NCBI GenBank assembly: GCA_046726855.1
Contig: JBKPBL010000014.1
Span: 1-36,287 of the forward strand
From: Actinomycetota bacterium
GTDB taxonomy: Bacteria; Actinomycetota; UBA4738; CALAEC01
Reading direction: 5' to 3'
Length of the DNA stretch: 36,287 nt
The number at the start of each line of letters is the position of its first letter. The first letter of the stretch is position 1. Positions 1 through 6,286 of this stretch are shown piece by piece. The notes under the pieces are model-generated. The model was not told the DNA's origin and searched no databases. It saw only the letters and a program-made list of their open reading frames with translations. The position numbers were made by a program, and so were the translations under genes.

Positions 1-378
1 CGCTGAGCCGGGAGGCCCGATCGGGAGGCCAGGGTATCCCTCGCTCCCCCACCCATCGAGCAAGTCGGCGGCGAGACGGATGTCGCCAGTATCCACTCCG
101 AGCTGCCGAAGCGACCGTGCCAGAACCGGCGGCGGGACCGAGGGATAGAACGCCGACACGTCCGTCCGTAGCACGATCGGGCCTTCCTCGGCGAGCTCGC
201 CGCTCAGGCTCCGGGCTCGCCGCAGCGCCGATCCCACCGGCTCCAGCCGCCACGCCTGAGTCCGCACGTGGGCCCGGTTCGCAATGACCCGCCGGTCCAG
301 TCGTGGCTCGAGCGCCGAGGCGATCCGACCAGCCAGGTGGTGCCACGTCGCGGCGTCTCGCTCGGAGAGCAGGGCCAT
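1..378 (-). CDS. Reverse transcriptase (RNA-directed DNA polymerase), N-terminal 126 codons only; the gene runs off the left edge
   Basis: Manual minus-strand translation from ATG at 378: MALLSERDAATWHHLAGRIASALEPRLDRRVIANRAHVRTQAWRLEPVGSALRRARSLSGELAEEGPIVLRTDVSAFYPSVPPPVLARSLRQLGVDTGDIRLAADLLDGWGSEGYPGLPIGPPGSA. Strong GC3 bias. 'TDVSAFYPSV' resembles the RT D-x-x-x-F-F-x-S-I block. 'GLPIGPPGS' about 40 aa later resembles the G-x-P-Q-G-x-x-x-S-P block. In-frame stop upstream at 571-573, and the first start after it is ATG 378. The YxDD box would lie outside the window. Not in the ORF track because it is edge-truncated. Confidence 0.5.
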   Translation of the reverse strand, partial: MALLSERDAATWHHLAGRIASALEPRLDRRVIANRAHVRTQAWRLEPVGSALRRARSLSGELAEEGPIVLRTDVSAFYPSVPPPVLARSLRQLGVDTGDIRLAADLLDGWGSEGYPGLPIGPPGSA

Positions 379-459
379 GCGCCGGGCCCCACCTCCGGGC
401 CTGGGTTCCCAGCTCGAGATGATCGGGTCAGTCCGGCCACAGGCCCGCGTGTTCGCCAG

Positions 460-490
460 CCATACCTCCCCCGGCCAGGGGGAGGTATGG
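460..490. terminator. Perfect 13-bp GC-rich hairpin (CCATACCTCCCCC / GGCCA loop / GGGGGAGGTATGG); possible terminator or part of an RT-associated structured RNA
   Basis: Stem 460-472 pairs perfectly with 478-490 around a 5-nt loop. On the plus strand it is followed by the T-rich CCTCTGTTCTTTCT. On the minus strand it lies 96 nt downstream of the M20 stop and 82 nt upstream of the RT start codon. Confidence 0.35.
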
Positions 491-536
491 CCTCTGTTCT
501 TTCTACCGGAGCAGCGCCTTACTGCCCATCGCCCAA

Positions 537-561
537 CCGGGGGATTCTGTGCATCCCCCGG
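537..561 (-). terminator. 7-bp GC hairpin (CCGGGGG / 11-nt loop / CCCCCGG) 25 nt downstream of the M20 peptidase stop; weak terminator candidate
   Basis: Inverted repeat 537-543 / 555-561 read directly from the sequence. There is no clear U-tract on the minus strand, as in I-shaped actinobacterial terminators. Confidence 0.2.
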
Positions 562-585
562 CCTTCCGCCCTAAACCCCGGTCGG

Positions 586-1926
586 CTACGCGGTCGCCGC
601 GAGGCGGCGGAGGAGGATCGCCTCCGAGATGCAGGCCTTACGGAAGTCGGCCAGGACCAGGCTCTCGTTGGCCCCGTGGGCCCGGCCGTCGGGATCCTCA
701 ACCCCGGTGATCAGCAGAGAGGACCCGGGGAAGGCGTCCCGGAAGGCCGCCACGAAGGGGATGGCCCCGCCAGAGCCGATATCCACCGGAGGCGTTCCCC
801 ACCCCTCCTCGAAGGACTCGCGGGCGGCGTCGTAGGCCGGGCCCTCGGCATCGACGGCGCAAGGCCACGCCCCGGCCCCGCGGGTCACTGTGACCCGGGA
901 GCCCCAGGGGGCATTGGATTCCAGGTGGGAGACCAGGGCGTCCATGGCCTTGTCCGGGTTATCTCCCGTTGCCAATCTCAGGCTCACCTTGGCCCGAGCC
1001 ACGGGAACGAGGATGTTGGCCGCGCCACGGATCCTGGGGGCGTCGATCCCCAGGACCGAGACGGCGGGACGGGTCCACAGTCGCTCCGTGAGCGCTCCTT
1101 CACCGAGCAGCTCGACGCTGTGGAGCACACCGGCTTGCTGGCGCAGCTCCTCCTCGTTCAGGTCGAGGGGGTCGGTCGGGCCGGCGGAAAGTCCGGGAAT
1201 GGCCACATTCCCCCGCTCGTCATGGAGGGTGGCCAGGAGCCTGGCCAGCGAGGTCAGGGCGTCGGGCCAGGGGCCGCCGTGCATCCCGCTGTGGACCGCG
1301 TGGTCCAGGGTCCGCACCTCCACCTCGCAGTCGACCAGACCCCGAAGCTTCGTGGTGAGGCCGGGAACTCCCTCCCGCCAGTTGTTCGCGTCGGCCAGGA
1401 TCATGACGTCGGAACGTAGATCCTCCCCACAGCGCTCCAGGAACGTGGTGAGGTTCGGGGAGCCTTGCTCCTCCTCGCCCTCGATGAAGACCGTGACGCC
1501 CACAGGGGGCTGGCCCTCATGCGCCAGGAGTGCCGCCTGATGCAGGGCTATCCCGGCTTTGTCGTCGCACGATCCTCGCCCGAAGAGCCGCCCGTCACGC
1601 TCGCTCGGCTCGAAAGGAGGGCTCTTCCATTCCGACTCCTCGCCGGGGGGCTGCACGTCGTGGTGGGCGTACAGGAGCACCGTGGGGGCTCCCGGCGGGC
1701 CGGGTCGGCTTCCAATCACCGCGGGATGGGCCCCCTCGACGTCGACTAACCGAACGCCGTCCAGGCCACAGCCCTCGAGAATCTCGGCGGTGGTCTCCGC
1801 CGACCGCCGGACCTGTGCCGGGTCGAAACCGTCGAAAGAGACGCTGGGGATCCTGATCAGACGCTCGAGGTCCGACCGAACGACCGGGAGCACATCGTCG
1901 ACCGCCGTGCGAAGGTCCGAGGTCAC
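586..1926 (-). CDS. M20 family metallopeptidase / dipeptidase (ArgE/DapE/CNDP-like)
   Basis: 446-aa ORF with M20 signatures 'LLYAHHDVQP', 'GRGSCDDKAG' and 'FIEGEEEQGS'. Only a 13-nt gap separates it from kamA upstream on the same strand. Confidence 0.85.
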   Translation of the reverse strand: MTSDLRTAVDDVLPVVRSDLERLIRIPSVSFDGFDPAQVRRSAETTAEILEGCGLDGVRLVDVEGAHPAVIGSRPGPPGAPTVLLYAHHDVQPPGEESEWKSPPFEPSERDGRLFGRGSCDDKAGIALHQAALLAHEGQPPVGVTVFIEGEEEQGSPNLTTFLERCGEDLRSDVMILADANNWREGVPGLTTKLRGLVDCEVEVRTLDHAVHSGMHGGPWPDALTSLARLLATLHDERGNVAIPGLSAGPTDPLDLNEEELRQQAGVLHSVELLGEGALTERLWTRPAVSVLGIDAPRIRGAANILVPVARAKVSLRLATGDNPDKAMDALVSHLESNAPWGSRVTVTRGAGAWPCAVDAEGPAYDAARESFEEGWGTPPVDIGSGGAIPFVAAFRDAFPGSSLLITGVEDPDGRAHGANESLVLADFRKACISEAILLRRLAATA

Positions 1927-1939
1927 GCGGGCGAGGCTA

Positions 1940-3379
1940 TCAGGTCAGCGCCGGGACCCGCTCGGCGCCGGTGGCGATGCCTCGCCAGTACTCCTTGCCC
2001 GCTTCCGAGAGGGTGGAGATGGGGTCGTAGTACGGGTACGGACGAGTCATTGCGTCGGGCTCGTCGAACTCGATCCCGGTCCGATAGTTCTTGGTCCAGT
2101 ACGAGATGCCCCGGTCCCGGTCGTACGACTGGGTCTGATGGACCCAGCGCTTCCCCACGAACGGAACGTCGCAGACTATCCGAGGAGTGGCGAATCCCGG
2201 CAGGTAGCCCATGATGGCGTGCTGGAGCTCCTGAGCCTCCCATATCGCCGTCCGCCAGTGCTCGGAGTTGGGGATCATGTCGCACACGTAGAAGTAGTAC
2301 GGCATCACCTTTGCCTGGTCCAGGAGCGTGAAGCACAGCTCCAGGAGTTCATTGGCGGTTGTGTTCACCCCCCGGAGGAGCACGCCCTGGTTCCGTACGT
2401 CTCGGAACCCCGTCTCCAAGAGCTTCAGTGAGGCCTGGGCAACTAGCGGGGTGACCTGCCTGGCGTGGTTGATGTGCGTGTGGACCGCTATGTCAACGCC
2501 CCGCCGGCGAGCCGTGGTGTTCATCCGCTCGCAGGCCTGAAGGACCTCGTCCTGGAGGAAGTGTTGGGGTATGCCCATCAGGCCTTTGGTGGCCAGCCGG
2601 ATGTCGCGGATGTTCTCGATCTCGAGAAGCCGCATCACGAAGTCCTCCAGCCGGTGGATGGGCACGTTAGCCATGTCCCCACCGGATACGACCACGTCCC
2701 GGACGGACGGGGTCCTCCGGAGATAGTCGAGCATGGCCTCCCATCGTTCGTTCTGCTTGGCTTCGAACTTGTACTTGAGGATCTGCGGGGTGTCGTTGCC
2801 AACCAGGTCCATCCGGGTGCAGTGGCCGCAGTACTGGGGGCATGTGGCCAGCAACTCGGCCAGAACCTTGGTCGGGTACCGATGGGTGAGCCCCTCGACC
2901 GCCCACATGTCAGCCTCGTGGAGGCTGTCCCTCGAGGCCATGGGATGCGAGGGAAACTCGGCGTCGCGGTCGGATCGGACCGGGAGCATGTACCGCCTCA
3001 CGGGGTCCCTCAACAGGTCCCGCTCGTCCATCGTGTTGAGCATCTGCGGCGGGATCAGCATCGACATCGTGGCTCGCTCTCGCTGGTCCCTCTCGACGTC
3101 GTCCATGAAGGCCTCGGTAGCGAACTCGCCCAGGGCCTCCTTCAGCTGACGGTTGTTCTTGACCGTGTGGGCCCGCTGCCACTGGGCGCTTTCCCACTCC
3201 TCCTTGCCGACGTGGGCGTATCCGGGGAGACGGGTCCAGTCGGGCTCCACGAACTCGCGCTCCAGCGGGTAGCGGAACGGCTGATCCGTGGCCTGGGCGT
3301 GGGGCTCTCGGTGACCGGGTCGCCTGGCATCCATCCCCACTGCCTGCCTCTCTGAAGGAATCGGCTTCCGGAAGCCCAT
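1940..3379 (-). CDS. kamA: Lysine 2,3-aminomutase (KamA-family radical SAM enzyme)
   Basis: 479 aa. Radical-SAM cluster motif CxxxCxxC in the KamA-type context 'LATCPQYCGHCTRMDLVG', followed by 'VRDVVVSGGD'. The length and C-terminal domain fit a true aminomutase rather than the short EpmB type. The start is uncertain (ATG 3379 or ATG 3334, and neither has a strong SD). Confidence 0.8.
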   Translation of the reverse strand: MGFRKPIPSERQAVGMDARRPGHREPHAQATDQPFRYPLEREFVEPDWTRLPGYAHVGKEEWESAQWQRAHTVKNNRQLKEALGEFATEAFMDDVERDQRERATMSMLIPPQMLNTMDERDLLRDPVRRYMLPVRSDRDAEFPSHPMASRDSLHEADMWAVEGLTHRYPTKVLAELLATCPQYCGHCTRMDLVGNDTPQILKYKFEAKQNERWEAMLDYLRRTPSVRDVVVSGGDMANVPIHRLEDFVMRLLEIENIRDIRLATKGLMGIPQHFLQDEVLQACERMNTTARRRGVDIAVHTHINHARQVTPLVAQASLKLLETGFRDVRNQGVLLRGVNTTANELLELCFTLLDQAKVMPYYFYVCDMIPNSEHWRTAIWEAQELQHAIMGYLPGFATPRIVCDVPFVGKRWVHQTQSYDRDRGISYWTKNYRTGIEFDEPDAMTRPYPYYDPISTLSEAGKEYWRGIATGAERVPALT

Positions 3380-3428
3380 TCTAGAGACAATATCCGGAGG
3401 TTTCCATCCCTGGCCGGATACCCTTCGG

Positions 3429-3980
3429 TCAGGGCGGTGCGAGGTAGTCCTCGGCCAGGAGCCCGTAAAGGAAGCAGTCGTATGGGTCCCGGCCTCCGGG
3501 ACATCCCTTGTGCAGCCGGCCCTCCCGCGAGAAGCCCAGCTTCTCCGCGACCCGCTGGCTGGCCCGGTTGTCCACTCCGGCCCGCAGCTCGATCCGATAC
3601 AGCCCCAGCCTGGTGAACCCGAACGTCAAGACGCCCTGGGACGCCTCGGTCGCGTACCCGCGCCCGCAACGGTCGGTCCGAACCCAGTACCCCAGGTCTC
3701 CCAGGCTGTGGGCTGGGATTGGAGTGTCCAGCCCCAGGGCGCCGACCACCTCATCCCCCTCGAGGATGACGAACTGGAAGGCCAGGCCGTCGGCCCAGTC
3801 CTGCCGGGCCTCCTCGGCGAAGGCAGCCGTGGTCTCAGCCGAGGCTGCTTCGGCCCACACCAGCCAGGGTCGCAGCTCCGGGAGCGACGGCTCGGTCGCC
3901 TTCCAAATCGCCTCGCCGTGCTCGGGGCCGATCGGCCGGAGCACGAGGCGGGCGGTCCGGATCGGGGCCCGTCGGATCAC
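3429..3980 (-). CDS. GNAT family N-acetyltransferase (RimJ/RimL-like architecture)
   Basis: 183 aa. N-terminus 'RTARLVLRPIGPEH' is typical of RimJ/L-type GNATs. Acetyl-CoA pocket motif 'RCGRGYATEA'. The GTG start at 3978-3980 overlaps the upstream gene's TGA (GTGA), implying translational coupling. Confidence 0.8.
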   Translation of the reverse strand: MIRRAPIRTARLVLRPIGPEHGEAIWKATEPSLPELRPWLVWAEAASAETTAAFAEEARQDWADGLAFQFVILEGDEVVGALGLDTPIPAHSLGDLGYWVRTDRCGRGYATEASQGVLTFGFTRLGLYRIELRAGVDNRASQRVAEKLGFSREGRLHKGCPGGRDPYDCFLYGLLAEDYLAPP

Positions 3981-5008
3981 CTCGAGAACCGTTCCTCCAG
4001 CACCGCACGAAGAACCCGGTTCTCCCGGACCACCCGGAGGGCTGTTTCGGCGTGCCCGGGCGCGTATCCGGAGCCGATGATCATCGTCACGTCCTTGCCC
4101 AGGCCTTCCGCGATCAGAGCCGCGGCGGTGAAGGACGTGGCCATGGAGAAGAAGTACACGGTGCCGCCCTCCTGGGCCAAGAGGATGGAGCTCCCCTCGG
4201 TGCCCGGGACGTTGACGCAGTTGACGACGAGGTCCGCCACTCCCGCCTCGTCACCTTCGAACGCCTCGGCGGCCACTCGGAGACAGGCCACCGGATCCGT
4301 GGCGTCGGCCACCGCCACGTCGTCGAAACCCAGCCGGCGGAGCACCTTCACTCCCTCCTCGTGATGGACCAGGCCCAGGACCCGTTCCGACAGACCCCGG
4401 GCCGCCACCATGGCGAGAAGACCCGACTTCCCCCCAGCTCCGATGACCAGCGTGCGCCGGCGCCCCTCGGCCAAGCGGAGCACCTGGGCCGGAGCGCCCG
4501 CCACGTCGAAGATCGCCAGGGCCAGCTGGGCCGAGAAGTCTTCCGGAAGCCTCGCGTATGCCGCGGTCTCGTGGAGGATGGCGTGGCCGAGGGCCGGAAC
4601 CTGCTCGCTGGTGCCGTCCCATCTCGAGAGGTCCTCGAGCCTTAGAGGCGTGAGGGTCAGCGAGACGAGTGTGGCCACGCGGTCCCCGGGCGCCAGGTCG
4701 GTTCGGGACTCCCCCACTTCGCTGACGGTACCGATCAGCATGCCGCCCGACCCGGTGACGGGGTTGTGCATCTTCCCGCGCTCCCGGACGATCTCCATGA
4801 CCCGGGCCTGCATCGCCGCGGCGTCGCCGCCTTGCTCCTCCCGGATCTGGCGGAACGAGGCGGCGTCGAGGTTCAGCCGCTCCACCTCAACCAGCGCCTC
4901 GCCGCCTCGCGGAGGAGGTGAGGGATCGAGGAGGCGGGCCTGCTGTGGCAGGGCCCCGGGTGGCTGGAGCACCCGGTGTAGCCCGTACGGCGAGTAGGTA
5001 TCCCTCAC
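3977..5008 (-). CDS. L-erythro-3,5-diaminohexanoate dehydrogenase-like (Kdd-family) NAD(P) dehydrogenase
   Basis: 'GKMHNPVTGSGGMLIGTV' and N-terminal 'SPYGLHRVLQPPGALPQQA' match my memory of Kdd-family proteins. A Rossmann 'VIGAGGKSG' motif is present. The track ORF extends to GTG 5107. I prefer GTG 5008 (343 aa, family-typical) because 5107 would overlap the divergent lrp gene. The start is uncertain. Confidence 0.65.
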   Translation of the reverse strand: MRDTYSPYGLHRVLQPPGALPQQARLLDPSPPPRGGEALVEVERLNLDAASFRQIREEQGGDAAAMQARVMEIVRERGKMHNPVTGSGGMLIGTVSEVGESRTDLAPGDRVATLVSLTLTPLRLEDLSRWDGTSEQVPALGHAILHETAAYARLPEDFSAQLALAIFDVAGAPAQVLRLAEGRRRTLVIGAGGKSGLLAMVAARGLSERVLGLVHHEEGVKVLRRLGFDDVAVADATDPVACLRVAAEAFEGDEAGVADLVVNCVNVPGTEGSSILLAQEGGTVYFFSMATSFTAAALIAEGLGKDVTMIIGSGYAPGHAETALRVVRENRVLRAVLEERFSR

Positions 5009-5089
5009 GTCCGCTTCATCGACTGGACCGGATGGATCCCAGAAATGGTTCCGGGAAGGATCGCGCAATCGTATATCATTCGGCCCGCT

Positions 5090-5530
5090 GTGGACCGGAA
5101 GGATCACGCGATCCTCTCCATCCTCCAGGAGGACGCCCGAGCGACGTACGCTCAGATCGCCTCGAAGGTCGGGCTGTCCGCCTCCTCAGTGCATGACCGG
5201 GTCCGCAAGCTGGAGCGGCAGGGAGTCATACTCGGCTACCGCGCGAACGTGGCCCCCGGGGCCGTGGGGCTGGACGTGACCGCGCTCGTCTCGGTGATGC
5301 CTTTGGACCCGTCGCAGCCCGACGACCTCCCCGACAGAGTCCAAGCGTTTCCCGAGGTCGAGGACTGCTACTCGGTTGCCGGCCACGAGAACTACGTGCT
5401 CAAGGTCCGGACCCACACCACCGGAGGCCTCGAGGACCTGCTCCGGAGACTCCGGGAGAAGGCCGGCGTCCAGACCCGAACGACGGTGGTGCTCTCGATC
5501 CCATTCGAGGGCCGCTCCCTCCACCCCTAG
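5090..5530 (+). CDS. Lrp/AsnC family transcriptional regulator
   Basis: HTH region 'DHAILSILQEDARATYAQIASKVGLSASSVHDRVRKLERQGVILGY' followed by a C-terminal RAM/ACT-like domain. GTG 5090 gives 146 aa, the typical family length. The track start at 5045 would overlap the divergent gene. Confidence 0.85.
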   Translation: MDRKDHAILSILQEDARATYAQIASKVGLSASSVHDRVRKLERQGVILGYRANVAPGAVGLDVTALVSVMPLDPSQPDDLPDRVQAFPEVEDCYSVAGHENYVLKVRTHTTGGLEDLLRRLREKAGVQTRTTVVLSIPFEGRSLHP

Positions 5531-5592
5531 GGCGACCCCCTGCGACCCGCCCGTGGGGCCGACACCTCATTGCGGCGGCTGTCGGACGCCGG

Positions 5593-6192
5593 CTACTCCG
5601 GGTCGCGCCAGCGCCTGAGGGCCTGGTCGCGGGCGAGACCACGCTTCTCCTCCGGTATCCGGCGGATCAACTCCTGGTGGCGCTCGAAGAGCCCCAAGTA
5701 GCGCCGCCACAGTCGAGTCAGCGTTCCCCTGAGGTCGAGCTCGGCGATGCTCTGGGGTTGGAGACCGAAGTGCGCGCCCCCGGGGTCGGGTAGGTCCGAA
5801 GGCTGGAGTCCGAACTCCACAAGCACCGCGTCGAGGCCGTCTGCGGTCCGCAGCATCCGGATCCAGGCCCGGTTGTTCGGCCGGTCCAGCTCAGGTGTCG
5901 GAGGATGGTCCAGCGAGACGGTTGGGGCCAGCCACAGATCCGGATCCCTCAGCCGGTCTGCAGTGGCTCGGGCGCTGCGGCGGATCATCTGGACCACGGA
6001 TCGACGAAGAGCGCCGAGTGTGTCGGCCCCCAGCCCGTTCAGCCAGTCGCTCTCCTGCACCACCAGCCTCTCCACGGACCGTTCCAGGGCTTCGATGAGG
6101 ATGGGCTCGGCCGCGGAGGCGAACTCCTCCCCGCAGGCCACAACCTGCTCTCGGATCGCGTCAAGCTGCCTCTCGAGGTCCGGCCGGCCCAT
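5593..6192 (-). CDS. Hypothetical protein, helical and Arg/Leu-rich, no recognised domain
   Basis: 199-aa ORF with good GC3 bias. It fills the gap between lrp and the ftsH-like gene and is divergent from the ftsH-like gene. Confidence 0.55.
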   Translation of the reverse strand: MGRPDLERQLDAIREQVVACGEEFASAAEPILIEALERSVERLVVQESDWLNGLGADTLGALRRSVVQMIRRSARATADRLRDPDLWLAPTVSLDHPPTPELDRPNNRAWIRMLRTADGLDAVLVEFGLQPSDLPDPGGAHFGLQPQSIAELDLRGTLTRLWRRYLGLFERHQELIRRIPEEKRGLARDQALRRWRDPE

Positions 6193-6196
6193 ACAG

Positions 6197-6238
6197 GCAG
6201 TCTAGCGAGCACTTCTCGGAGGGGTCGGCGTAGACTGC
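6197..6238. promoter_or_regulatory. 8-bp inverted repeat GCAGTCTA-N26-TAGACTGC in the divergent promoter region
   Basis: 6197-6204 is the exact reverse complement of 6231-6238, with an inner CGAG/CTCG pairing. It sits between the hypothetical gene start (6192) and the ftsH-like start (6287). Confidence 0.3.
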
Positions 6239-6286
6239 GGCTATGGCCCGGAGCGACGTCAGGGCCCTTCCAGAGGAGGCTCCAGC

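Noticed and set aside
204-440. 78-aa minus-strand ORF from the track, in the left-edge region.
   Set aside because: Its product is Arg/Gly/Pro/Ser/Trp-rich junk. It is a different frame of the same DNA whose other minus frame gives a GC3-biased protein with RT motifs (feature 1-378).
5531-5592. Search for a bidirectional terminator between the convergent lrp and hypothetical genes.
   Set aside because: I found only an imperfect 6/7 inverted repeat (GGCCGAC ... GTCGGAC) with a 17-nt loop and no U-tract. That is not convincing enough to annotate.
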